From an uncultured Planctomycetota bacterium (GTDB lineage Bacteria; Planctomycetota; Planctomycetia; Isosphaerales; Isosphaeraceae), in the NCBI GenBank assembly GCA_963737655.1, contig CAVTTN010000002.1, positions 1,248,001 to 1,312,000 on the forward strand: DNA of 64,000 nucleotides. The letters are read 5' to 3'. The notes beneath the pieces are model-generated. The model did not search any database. It saw only the letters and a list, made by a program, of their open reading frames with translations, and had not been told where the DNA came from. Each line of letters opens with the position of its first letter. Positions within the stretch are counted from its first letter, which is position 1. Both the position numbers and the translations under genes were made by a program. This document shows, piece after piece, positions 1 through 13,700 of the stretch.

Positions 1-1753
1 ATCGCGATCGTCGGCGGGTCGAGCAACGTCTTCATCGGCGACCTCATCGGCCTGAACGCGGCCCAGTCGGCGGCCCGGCCCAACTCCATCGGCGTGTACA
101 TCAACGGCGGGAACGGCAACGTCTTCTCCGGCAACGTGATCTCGGGAAACACCGGCTACGGCGTGGACATCGTCAGCGGGACGGGCGAGACCTTCACGCA
201 CAACTGGATCGGCCTGGTCGGCGGCAATGGCGCGATCATGCCGAACACCGGCGACGGGATCTTCGTCGCGACCTCGGGCAACGTCATCGGCGACACCAGC
301 GGCAACGGCGGCAACATCATCGCCGGCAACGGCGGTTACGGGATCGACGGCTCCGGCGCCTCGGACAACCTGATCCAGCAGAACTTCGTCGGGACCGACC
401 AGAACGGCGCCTCGGCCAAGGGGAACGCCCTGGGCGGGATCTACCTCAGCGGCGGCACCGGCAACACGATCGGCGGGACGGTCGCGGCGACCCGGAACGT
501 GATCTCGGGCAACACGGGCTTCGGCGTGGGCCTCTCCGGCACGTCGAACCTGGTCCTGGGGAACTACATCGGGACCACGCCGACGGGCGGCTCCGTCCGG
601 GGCAACGCGGGCGTGGGAGTCTCGATCCTCGGCTCCGCCAACACGATCGGCGGGACGGTCCTCGGGGCCGGCAACGTGATCTCGGGCAACGGCGGGGCGG
701 GCGTCTTCCTCGACACCTCGTCGGCCACCAGCAACCGCGTGGCCGGCAACTTCCTCGGCACGGACGCTTCGGGGACCGTCGCCCTGGGCAACGGCACATG
801 GGGCGTGATCGACCGCAACGCGCAGGGCAACACCATCGGCGCGGCGGAGTCGCTGACCCAGGCGACCTCGCTCGGCGGCGGCCGGAACGTGATCGCCGGC
901 AATGCTCAGGGGGGCATCGCGATCTATGGCGGCAACGCCACGAACGTGCTCGTCCGGGGCAACTACCTCGGCGTGGACGGCACCGGCAACGCCGCCCTGG
1001 GCAACGCCTACAGCGGCGTATTCGTCGGCGTGGGAACCGGCTTCAGCCCCAGCGTGGGCGGGACGGCCACCGGGGCCACGATCACCGGCAACCTCGTCTC
1101 GGGCAATCAGCAGCACGGGGTCTGGATCGACGGCGGCGACTCCACGACCCCCTCGGCCACGAATGCGTCGGTGACGGGCAATATCGTCGGCCTGAACGCC
1201 GGAGGCACGGCGAAGCTGCCCAACACGTTCGCAGGCGTCTTCGCGCAGGAGGCCACCGGCAACACGATCGGCGGGACGACCGCCGCGGCCTCGAACGTGA
1301 TCGCCGGCAACAGCACGTCGGGAATCTCGCTGGGCACCGGATCGACGGGCAACCTGGTCCTCGGCAACTCCATCGGCACGAACGCGACGGGTTCGACGAT
1401 CCTGGGCAACGCGGCCCAGGGCGTTTATGTGAACGCCGCGAACAACACGATCGGAGCGGCGAGCGGGACGACCCAGGTCATCGGCGGGAACGCCTACAAC
1501 GGGATCTTCCTCGACTCCGGCGCCACGTCGTCGGTCGTCCTGGGCAACTACATCGGCGAGGGGACGGGCGCGAGCGGGGCGGCGATCCCGAACTCCTACA
1601 ACGGGATCGCGGTGACCGGGGCCAGCGTGAGCCTGGGCGTGGCGGGCGCCGGCAACTTCATCGCGGGGAACGTGCAGACCGGGATCTATTTCACCGGCGC
1701 CTCGGCGACCGCCGGCCTCGTCGTCGGCAACACGATTGGCCTGAACGCCTCGG
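1..1753 (+). CDS. Giant protein segment 1 (frame +1): parallel beta-helix repeats
   Basis: Repeats of NTIGGTxAxxRNVISGNxxxGVxIxxxxxGNxVxGNYIGTxxxG. The ORF track version (94..1881) turns non-repetitive after GLNAS at ~1752. Confidence 0.85.
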
Positions 1754-4700
1754 CGCGATCGTGCCCAACGTCCAGGCGGGCGTCTTGCTCGACAATGGCG
1801 CCTCGGGGATCACGGTCGGCGGGACGGCGGCGTTGGCCCGCAACATCATCTCGGGCAACGGGGGAGACGGGATTGATGTGACGGGGTCAACGAGTCAGTC
1901 GCTCATCCAGGGCAACTACATCGGGACCAACCCGGCCGGTACCGCTCCGGTTCCCAACGCCTTCCAGGGGATCTACGTCACCGGCAATGCCGCCAACAAC
2001 ACCATTGGCGGATTGGCGGCATTGACGCTCTCGGCGGCTGCGGCGGGCGCGAGGAACGTGATCTCGGGCAACACCCAGTCGGGCGTCTTCATCTATCAAG
2101 CGGGCCCAGGAAATCTCGTCGAGGGGAACTATATCGGTACGGACGCAACCGGCGCGAATGCGGTGCCAAACCTTTACTACGGCGTCCAGGACGATTCTCC
2201 CTCGAACACGATCGGCGGACTCGTCGCGGGATCGGCGAACCTTATCTCGGGCAACCTCTACTACGGAATTAACCTCTACGGCTCGGGGGCGTCGCAGATC
2301 CTTGTGGTTGGCAACTTCGTCGGCACGAATCCGGCTGGCACGTCAGCTGTCGCCAACGGCGCCGAAGGCGTGCTCCTCTGGGGCAGCGGGGGACAGAACA
2401 CGGTCGGCGGGACGAGCGCAGCGGCGCGAAACGTGATTTCTGGCAATGTCGGCGGGGGCGTCTTGTTCTATCAGGCAGCTTCCGGAAATATCGTCTTGGG
2501 TAACTATATCGGCACTGATTTGACGGGGTCGTTCGCTGTCACGAACCTCGGTCAAGGGGTAAACATCACGTCCAGCCCCGGGGAAACCATCGGCGGGACC
2601 GTCTCCGGCGCCGGCAACTTGATCGCGGGCAACCTGCAGGAGGGTGTCCTCCTGAGCGGCTCAGCGACCGCAAGCAATGACGTCGTGGGCAATACGATCG
2701 GCTTGAACTCTTCGGGCGCCTCGCTGGGCAACTCCACGGGCGTTTACCTCGCCAACTCGGCCAGCGGCAACACGATCGGCGGCCTGACCACCTCGGCTCG
2801 GAACATCATCTCGGGCAACACCGGCTCCGGCGTGTGGATCGACGGCGCCTCCTCCAACCTGCTCGTCGGCAACCTGATCGGGACCGACCCGACCGCCTCG
2901 GCCGCCCGGCCCAACGGCCTAGGTATCTACCTCAGTGGGACGTCCGCCAACAACACGATCGGCGGGACCGTCGGCGGAGCCGGCAACGAGATCGCCTTCA
3001 ACACCGGCGCCGGCGTGCAGACCAGCGGCTCGGGGGTCACCGGCACGGCGATCCTGGAGAACTCGATCCTCGCCAACGGCGGGCTGGGGATCGACCTCGG
3101 CGGCGATGGCGTGACGGCGGCCGGCACGCCGCTCGTCACCCTCTCGGGCCTGGCCTCCGGCCTGGCCAGCAACGGGACGATCTCCGGGGCGATCTCCGCG
3201 ACGCCCAGCACGACGTACCGGATCGAGCTCTATGCCAATCAGGCCGCCGACCCCTCCGGCTACGGGGAGGGGCTCACGTTCATCAACGCGGTGAACGTCA
3301 CCACCAACGCCTCGGGCTCCGCCACCTTCAGTGTGACCACGGCCGCCGGCGCCTACGTCGGCCAGTACATCACCGGCACCGCCACGCCGGTCAGCGCCGG
3401 GACCCTTGGCGCGACGAGCGAGTACGGCCTGGACCGCGTGTTTTCGGACCTGGTGACGAACACCAGCAACACCGGCGCAGGGTCGCTCCGCCAGGCGATC
3501 ACCGACGCCAACGCCTCCTCGATCACGCCGTTCCCGATCGGCTTCTTCATCGCCTCTTCGGGCGTCCAGACGATCTCCCCCGCGACGGCCTTGCCGACGA
3601 TCTCCCACACCGTCCTGATCGACGGCTACACCGAGCCGGGCTCGAGCGTCAACTCGTCCTCGACCACCGATAACGCGGTGCTGACCATGTCGCTCGACGG
3701 CCTCGGGACCGTCCAGAGCGACGGCCTCCTGTTCACGTCGTCGAACAACACGGTCCGGGGTCTGGCGATCTCCGGGTTCACCTTCACGTCGGGCAGCAAC
3801 CAGTTCGGCCAGGTGCATTTCTCGAGCGGGACGAACAACCTCGTCACCGGCAACTTCCTCGGCATCCGGCCCGACGGCACCGTCGCCAGCGGAGGGGAGG
3901 CCAACGGCGTCCTGACGAGCAACCTCTCGACGGGCAACACGATCGGCGGGACCTCGGCCGCCTCAAGGAACGTGATCTCGGGGAACACGACCAATCACGG
4001 CTACACCACCTTCGGCCTCTTCCTTTATTCGAACAACAACCTGATCGAGGGGGATCTCGTCGGCCTGAACGCCTCCGGGGCGGCCAAGGCGAACGACTAC
4101 GGGATCTACGTCCTCGGCACCGGCGAGACGATCGGCGGCTCGGCCTCGGGCGCGGGCAACGTGATCTCGGGCAACACCTACACCGGCGTGGACGTGAACG
4201 CGGCCAATGCCCTGGTGATCGGCAACAGCATCGGGACCAACGTGACCGGCACGGCCGCCGCGGCCAACGGCGCCGCGGGGGTCGAGCTCGACTCGACGGG
4301 GGCGACCGTCGGCGGGTCGGGGGCGTTGGGGAACCTGATCGCGGGCAACTCGCAGTATGGGGTCCACATCACGCAGTCTTCGGCGTCGAACAACTTCGTC
4401 CTGGGCGACCTGATCGGCCTGAACGCCTCGGGGACGGCGATCCCCAATAGCGCCTCGGGGGTGCAGGTCGATATCTCGACGGGCAACCAGATCGGGGCGA
4501 TCGGCGCGGGCAACACGATCGCCGGCAACGGGGCGTTCGGGATCGAGGTCGTCACCTCCGGCACCCCGGCGAACACGATCCGAGGCAACCTGATCGGCAC
4601 CTTCGGCACCGGGGCCACGGCCGTGCCGAACACCCTGGGCGGCGTGTTCCTGACCGGCCCGGTCGTCCTGGGAGGGACGGCCTCGGGCGCCGGCAACGTG

Positions 4701-7700
4701 ATCTCGGGCAACAACGGCCCGGGGGCCTCGATCCTCGGGTCGGGCACCTCGGCCCAGGGCAACTTCGTCGGCACGAACGTCGCGGGGACCGCCGCCCTGC
4801 CGAACCAGGGCTGGGGGATCGCCGTCACGGACGCCGCCAACGTGACGATCGGGCCGGGCAACGTGGTCTCGGGCAACTCGCTGGGCGGCGTGGCGATCTC
4901 CGGCACCCTCTCGACGAACGACCTGGTCATCGGCAGCTTCATCGGGACCGACGTGACCGGCTCGACGGCCCTGGGCTCGCAGGGGTTCGGCGTGTTCGTG
5001 GGCGAGCCGAACCGGGTGACCGGCCTCGGCGGCGGGTCCTTCGGCACCGCCACCTTCGCCACCATCGGCGGCTCGGCCGCCGGCTCGGGCAACGTGATCT
5101 CGGGCAACTCGAACACGAACGTGGACATCGCCGCCTCGGCCGCCTCGACCAGCGCCCTGGTCGAGGGCGACATCATCGGCGAGAACGCCGGGGCGACGGC
5201 CGCCGTGGCGGGGTCGAACTTCGGCGTTTACGTCTTCGACTCCCTCTCCAACACGATCGGCGGGACCGTCTCCGGGGCCGGCAATACCATCGGCGGCCAC
5301 GCCTACTACGGGATCACCCTGGACACCCTGTCCTCCGGCAACCTCGTCGCCGGCAATATCGTCGGCCTGAACGGCGCGGGCACGGCGGCCGTGGCGAACG
5401 TCTACGGCGTGTACGTGAACGCCGCGAGCAACACGATCGGCGTGCCCGGCGCGCTGGGCGGCAACACGATCTCGGGCAACTCGCAGGTGGGCGTGTTCCT
5501 CCAGACCTCGGCCACGGGCACCCTGATCCAGAACGACCTGATCGGGACCAACGCCTCGGGGTCGTCGGTCCTGGGCAACGGCGTCAGCGGGATCCAGGTC
5601 AACGCCGCGAGCGCGACCATCGGCGGGAGCACCGCGGCGGGCGCGGGCAACGTGATCTCGGCCAACGGCGGCCCCGGCATCCTCCTGAACCAGGGCGGCT
5701 CGGCCCTGATCGCCGGCAACCTCGTGGGGACGTCGCCCAACGGCCTCGCGAAGCTGGGCAACGGCGGGATGAGCTACGCCAACATCAGCATCACCACGCC
5801 GAACAATACCGTCGGCGGCACCAACCCGATCTATCGCAACGTGATCTCCGGCAGCGGGATCCCGGGGGTCACGGCCGGGTTGCCCGGGATCTCCCTCACC
5901 GGCTCGGCCGCCGAGGGGAACCTGATCGTCGGCAACTACATCGGCACCGACGCCACCGGGGCCGCCGCGCTGGGGAACGCCGGCAGCGGGATCCGGATCG
6001 ACACGGCCCTGGACACCACCATCGGCGGGAACGCCGCCGCCGGCGCCGGCAACGTGATCTCGGGCGGCCTCACCAACGGCATCAACGTGCAACCGAGTGC
6101 CACGCCCGTGCTCCTCGGCACCCTGGCGTATCTCCAGGCCGACGGGACGGCCGCCGACGCCACCGGCTCCTATTCGCCGACCGCCCCCAACGGCGTGGGC
6201 TACTCGTCGGGCGTCTCCGGCGGCCAGGCGTTCAACTTCAACGGCTCGAACCAGTACGTGAGCCTGGGGACCTCGACGGCCCTGGCCCCGGCGGCCATCT
6301 CCGTGAGCCTGTGGGTCAACCCCCGGAGCATCAACGGCGTCTACACCGACCCGATCGGCCGGTGGGGGCAATCGAACTCCGCCCAGAACTCCTGGCTGTT
6401 CGACATCGCCCCCAACGGCCAGGTCTATTTCAGCGTGACCAACGCCTCGGGCACCCAGAAGGACGCCGGCTCGGTCTCAACCGTCCCGCTGAACGCCTGG
6501 ACCTTGATCACCGGGACGTACGACGGCACCAACGTCAGGATCTACATCAACGGCGTCCTCGAAGGGTCGATCGCCCAGACCGGGGCAATCCAGGCCAACG
6601 CCTCCAGCACCACATCCGTCGGCGCGAAGTTCGCCGACGGGACGCCGAACTACCCGTTCAACGGCCTGGTCGACGACGTGGCGATCGCCTCCCGGGCGTT
6701 CTCGGCCGCCGAGATCCAGGGGATCTACAACGCCAAGGCCACGGCGCTGGGCGGGACGACGATCCAGGGCAATTTCATCGGCACCAACGCGGCGGGCACG
6801 GCGGCGTTGCCGAACGCCTCGCAGGGCGTGCTGATCTCCGGAGCGGGGACGACCATCGGCGGGGCCTCCGCCGGCCTCGGCAACGTGATCTCGGGCAACA
6901 CCCAGAGCGGGATCGACGTCGAGAACGCCTCCGTCGTGGTCCTCGGCAACGACATCGGGACGGACGCCGCCGGGTCCGCCGCGTTGCCCAACGGCTACGA
7001 GGGGTTCTTCACCCGGTCCCCGTTCCCCTCCACGCTCGGCGGCACGGCTGCCGGGTCGAGGAACGTGATCGTCGGCGGCGGCAACCCGGGCGTCTGGCTG
7101 GAGACGCCCACCTCGGGCAACCTCGTCCAGGGCAACTACATCGGCACCGACCGGACCGGCTCGCTGTCCCTGGGGGGCGGCGAGGGGATCTACGTCCACT
7201 CGCCCTCCAACACGATCGGCGGGGCCGCCGCAGGCGCGGGGAACCTCGTCGGCGGGAACGCCGGGTACAACATCCACGTCGCAACCTCCCTGGCGGCGGG
7301 GAACCTGATCCTCGGAAACACCGTCGGCATGAACGCCGCCGGGACCGGGACGCTCGCCAGCCTCGACGGCATCGTCCTGGACGGAGCTCCGAACAACACC
7401 GTCGGCGGGACGGCCACCGGCGCGGGCAACCGGGTCGTGGTGACCACCGCCGGTCAGACGGGCGTGTCGATCCTCAACGCCGGGGCCACCGGGAACCTCC
7501 TGCTGGGCAACACCATCGGCCTGAACGCGGCCGGCACCGCCGCCCTGGGCGCGGGCAACGGGGTGTACGTGGCGACGGACCACAACACCATCGGCGGGAC
7601 GGCCTCAGGTGCCAGGAACATCATCGACGGCTCGTCCAACTATGCTTCGATCTGGCTGGACACGACCGGGGCGTATTCCAACCTGATCCAGGGGAACTAC

Positions 7701-10700
7701 CTCGGCATCACGCCCTCGGGGTTCTCCGCGGGCGGGGGCAGCGCCTTCGGGGTCCTGATCGGCTACGGGTCGAGCAACACCGTCGGCGGGACGACCTCCG
7801 GGGCCGGCAACGTGATCTCCGGCAGCAGCCGCTACGGCGTCTACCTCGGCGGCAACTCGGGCAATGCCGTGGCCTCGGCGAACCTCGTGGCGGGCAACGA
7901 CATCGGGACCACGCGAGACGGCCTGTCCCCCCTGGGCAACGCCGTCGGCGTCGACATCGACGGCGGGGCCACCGGCAACACCATCGGCGGCCCGGGCGCG
8001 GCGTTCCGCAACATCATCTCCGGCAACACCCAGCAGGGCGTCTACATCGGTTCCACCTCGACCGGGGGCAACCTCGTCGCGGGGAACTTCATCGGGACCG
8101 ACTCCACCGGCCTCAACGCCCTGACCAACGGCGCGGAGGGCGTGCGGCTCTACACGGCGGGCACCGGCAACACGATCGGGGGGGACTCGACGCTCGGCCT
8201 CGGCAACCTCATCTCCGGCAACGCCGACGCCGGCGGGAAGGGCAACGGGTCGGCGGGTCTCGCGGTGATCGGCGGGGGCGGGACGCCCGGCACGGGCACC
8301 CTGATCGTGGGCAACCTGATCGGCACCGATGTCAACGGCGCCAACCCCATCTTCAACGGGCGCGAGGGGGTCTACATCGGCGGCTCGGACGTGACCGTCG
8401 GCGGCACGACGGCCGGGCTTCGCAACGTGATCTCGGGCAACGGGCTCGTCGGCATCCAGATCGGGAACTACTTCGGCTTCACCACGGCCCGCAACCTCGT
8501 GATCGGCGACTACATCGGGACCAACGCCCTCGGGACCTCCGCGATCGCCAACGCCAACGAGGGAGTGCTCATCGCCGGCGGCGCGACGGCCAACACGATC
8601 GGCGGGGACGGGGCCGCCTTCCGCAACGTCATCTCGGGCAACAACTACGACGGCATCCACCTGTCGGGGGGGACGCTCACCGCTTCCAACGTGATCGCCG
8701 GCAACTACGTGGGCGTGGGTTCGGACGGCAGGTCGCTCTCACCGGCGGCGGTCGCGTTCTACCGGGCCGACGGGACGGCCGTGGACGCGGTCAACGGCCT
8801 GAACGGCGTCCTCTCGGGCGGGGCGACCTACGCGGCAGGAGAGGTCGGCCAGGCGTTCAGCTTCGACGGCGGGTCGGGGATCGTGAGCCTCCCCGGCACC
8901 ACGACCGGGCCGCTGGACATCACCGGGACGGCGATCACGATCGAGGCCTGGGTCTACCAGACCGACCCGACCCAGGCCAACAACGGCGGGGCCCAGCAGA
9001 CGATCCTCGACAAGTTCTACGACACGGGCTTCACCGGCTACGGCCTAGTCACCCTCAACGGCGAGCTGGCCCTCCAGATCGCGACGGCAAGCAACACGTC
9101 CTACACCCTGACCGCCCCCTCGGCCCTGCCGCTCAACACCTGGGTCCACGTCGCCGGGACCTACGACGGCGGGACGGCCCGGCTGTTCGTCAACGGCGTG
9201 CAGGTGGCCTCGGGGAGCCAGAGCGGCGCGATCCTCCACAACGCCCTGCCCGCCGCGATCGGCAACGACAACGCCGGCTCCGGCCTCTACGGCTTCAAGG
9301 GCCGGATCGACGAGCTGGCGGTCTACAGCCGCGTCCTGGACCCCCAGGAACTCGCCGAGATCGTCGGGTTCGGATCGACCGGCAAGGCCAACGAGCTGGG
9401 CAACAAGTTCCAGGGGATCGAGATCGACCAGTCCCCCTACAACACGATCGGCGGGACGGCCGCCGGCGCGGGGAACGTCCTCTCCGGCAACCACAACTGG
9501 GGCGTGTGGATCCACTCCGACGGCTCGACCACCATCGGCGGGAACGTCGTGCAGGGGAACCTGATCGGCACCGACCCCACCGGGAACCTGGCGGTCCCCA
9601 ACCAGTACGGCGGCGTGATCGTCTCCGACGCCGTGAACTCCGGCACGATCGGCGGGACGGCCGCCGGCGCCGGGAACGTGATCTCGGGCAACGGCTCGGG
9701 CATCTACGTCGGCGCGCAGGTCTCCTCGACCGACTCCTCCAACATCCTGATCCAGGGCAACCTGATCGGCCTGAACGCCGCCGGGACGGCGCAACTGGCC
9801 AACGGTGCCTATGGCGTGCACATCTTCGGGCCGGGCAACACGGTCGGAGGGACCACGCCTTCGGCCCGGAACGTGATCTCGGGCAATCGCTCCCAGAACG
9901 TCTTCCTCGACAACACGGCCGCCACGGGCAACCTGATCGAGGGGAATTACATCGGCACCCTCGCCAGCGGCAACGCCTCGGCCGGCGGGGGGTGGAGCGG
10001 GATCGTCATCCAGTACGGCGCATCCAACAACACCGTGGGCGGCCTCACCTCCACCCCCGGCACCGGCGCGGGGAACATGATCTCGGGCAATGGGGGGGAC
10101 GGCGTCTCGCTCTACGGGAGCAACGGCGACCTCGTCGGCAACGTGGTCCTCGGCAACCTGATCGGCACCAACGCCGCGGGGACGGCGGCGGTGCCCAACT
10201 TCTATCAGGGGATCTACGACTCCGGCACCCTGAACACCACCCTCGGCGGCACGGCGGCCGGCTCCCGGAACGTCATCTCGGGCAACTCCCAGTGGGGCGT
10301 CTACCTCGACAACTCGGCGACCGGCACGGTGCTCGAAGGCAACTTCATCGGCACCGACATCACGGGCCTCCTGGCGGTGTCGAATAGCCGGGTCAATGGC
10401 CAGTTCGCCGGCGGCGTGGTCGTCATCAACGGCTCGCACAACAACACCATCGGCGGCAGCACGGCCGTCGGCGCGGGGAACGTGATCTCGGGGAACAACC
10501 TGATCGCGAACGCCGCGACCGGCATCGAGATCTATGGCTCGACCTCCACGCAGAACCTCATCGAGGGGAACATCGTCGGCCTGGGTGCCGACGGGATGAC
10601 CATCCTGGGGAACAGCTACACGGGGATCCGCCTCTATCAGGCCCCGAACAACACCATCGGCGGGACCGTGGCCGGCCTGGGCAACCTGGTGGCGGAGAAC

Positions 10701-13700
10701 GTCGGCGGGATCTTCGTCACGGACTCCTCGAACAGCGTCCTGATCGCCGGCAACATCGTCGGCCTCGCCGCCGACGGCTCGACCCCCCGGGGCAACGTCC
10801 AGTACGAGGGGATCGGCCTCCGCGACGTGACGGGCGACACCATCGGCGGGACCGTCGCGGCGGCCCGCAACGTGGTCTCCTCCAACGTCGGGTCGGGGAT
10901 CTACCTCTACAACCCGACCACCACCGGCAACCTGATCGTCGGCAACTACGTCGGGACCGACATCACCGGGACGCTCGCCCGGGGGAACGTCGGTCCGGGC
11001 GTCTTTCTGATCGCCCAGGCCAATGGCAACACCGTCGGAGGGACCTCGGCCGCGGCGAGGAACATCATCTCGGCCAACGCCACCGGGGTGTCGATCACCG
11101 GGACGGGGACCTCGAACAACGTCATCCAGGGCAATTACATCGGCCTGGACAAGAACGGGGCCGCCCTGGGCAACACCGTCAACGGCGTGATCATCACCTC
11201 CGGCGCCTCGGGCAACACCATCGGCGGGAGCACCGCCCTGGGCGCCGGCAACGTGATCTCGGCCAACGCGTCCCGAGGCGTCGAGATCGACTCCTCCGGC
11301 AACGTCGTCGTCGGCAACCTGATCGGCACCAACCCGGCCGGCACGGCGGCGATGTCCAACACCTTCCCCCTGTTCATCGCCGGGGCGAACAACCTGATCG
11401 GCGGCACCCAGGCGATCTACCGCAACGTGATCGACGAGGGATCGAGCACCATCGGCGTGTCGATCAATGGCGCCGGGGCGACCGGCAACACGATCTCGGG
11501 CAACTACATCGGCGTGGACGCCTCGGGCAACAACCGGATCTCGAACTTCCAGGCCGTGACGATCGCCGACGCCTCGAACAACGTGATCGGCGGCACGGTC
11601 GCCGGCGCCGGCAACGTGATCGCCGGGGGCAACGCCCTGATCGCCGTGTACCTGAGGAGCACGACCGGGACGAGCTCCGGCAACCTCGTGGCGGGGAACT
11701 CCGTGGGCCTCGGCGCCAACGGGACGACGGCCGCCCTGGGCACCGCGGGGATCTACCTCGACGGCGCCGGCACGACGAACAACACGATCGGCGGCACCGT
11801 CCTCGCCGCCCGGAACGTGATCGCCTCGGGCCCCAACGGCACGGACCTGACGATCCGCAACGGCGCGAGCAACAACCTCGTCGTCGGCAACTACGTGGGC
11901 GTCCTGGCCGACGGCGTGACCCCGGCGGGCAACTCGATCGGCGTGAGGCTTTATGGGGCCGCCTCGGGCAACACGATCGGCGGCACCTCGGCCTCGGCCC
12001 TCAACCTGATCTCGGGCAACGGCACGGGGGTGACGATCACCGGGGCGGGGACCTCGGGCAACGTCTTCCTCGGGGACATCATCGGGCTGGACGTCTCGGG
12101 CCTGAAGGCCGTGGCGAACACGGCCAACGGCGTGGTGATCGACGGCGGTGCCTCGGGCAACACGATCGGGGCGGTCGGGAGCGGCAACACCATCTCGGGC
12201 AACGCCGGGGACGGCGTCCACATCGACGCGGCGAGCTCCAACGTCGTGGCCGGGGACACCATCGGCCTGGACGCCAACGGCAAGGGCCTCGGCCCGGGCG
12301 CCGTGTCGTTCTTCCCCGCCGAGGGCAGCGCGTATGACGCCGTCAGCGGGGTGACCTCGGCGGTCGGCTCGGGCACCACGTTCGCCACCGGCGAGGTCGG
12401 CCAGGCGTTCCTGTTCAGCGGGACGAGCACGAGCGGGGTGACGATCTCCGGGTCGTTCGCCGGGCCGCTCAACGTGACCGGCTCGGCCCTCACCATCGGC
12501 GCCTGGGTCTACCAGACCGACCGGACCCAGGCGAACAACACCGCCAACAACCTCCAGCTCGTCCTGGACAAGCAGAACACCACGTCCGACGGCTACTCCC
12601 TGGCCCTCCGGAACGGGGTCCCGTACGTCTCGGTCGGCACCTCGCAGACGGTCCAGTACTCGCTCCTGGGCGGGTCGGCGATCCCCCTGAACACGTGGAC
12701 CTACCTGGCGGCGACCTACGACGGCTCGAAGCTCCGCCTGTTCGTCAACGGGGGCCAGGTCGGCTCCCTGGCGGTGACCGGGAACCTCAATTCCAGCGGC
12801 GTCAACGCGGCGATCGGCAACGCGCATAACTCGACGAACTACGGCTTCAAGGGGAAGATCGACGAGCTGGCCGTCTTCTCGCGGGCCCTGGCGGCCCCGG
12901 AGCTCTCGGCGATCGTCGCCCTCGGCTCGGCCGGGACCGGCAACCCGGTCTCCAACGGCGGCAACGGCGTGGTCGTCCAGAACGGGGCGACGGGCAACAC
13001 GATCGGCTCGGGCGACGCGATCTCGGGCAACGCCGGGGCGGGCGTCTTCCTCGGGGGCTCCCTGACCTCGGGCAACGTCGTCGCCGGGGACTTCCTCGGG
13101 ACCGACCCCTCCGGCCTGGCCGTCCGGGCCAACGCGACCTATGGCGTCCTGGTCTCCGACGCGCCGGGCAACACGATCGGGGGGGCCTCGGCGGCCCTCC
13201 GCAACGTGATCTCCGGCAACGACAAGGGCGGCGTGGCGATCGCCGGGGCCCACGCCGTCGGCGACGCCGTTGTCGGCAACTACGTCGGCCTCGGCACCAA
13301 CGGCTCGACCCCGCTCGGCAACGCCGGGGACGGCGTGTTCGTGGGCGACGGCTCCAAGGTCTCGCCGACCGTCTCGGGCGTGGCCTCGGGCATCCTCCTC
13401 GGCGGGACCGTCGCCGGCTCCGGCAACGTGATCTCGGCGAACTCCCGGTTCGGCATCGAGGTCAACGGCGGGAGCGTCTCGGCCGCCACCCTCGTCACGA
13501 TCGCCGGGAACGTCGTCGGCCTGACCTCCGACGGCATGGTCGCCGAGGGCAACACGCTCGGAGGGGTGGCGCTCCTGGAGGCCCAGGGCAACCTCGTCGG
13601 CGTCGTCGGCTCGGGCAACACGATCTCCGGCAACGGCGGGAGCGGCGTCGAGATCGACCTCGGCTCGACCGGCAACCAGGTCAACTCGAACCTGATCGGC

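Noticed and set aside
798..1751. First ~318 codons of ORF 798..22925 (likewise the tail of ORF 22925..28306 after 24487)
   Set aside because: Out-of-frame read-through of the real coding frame on either side of a frameshift.
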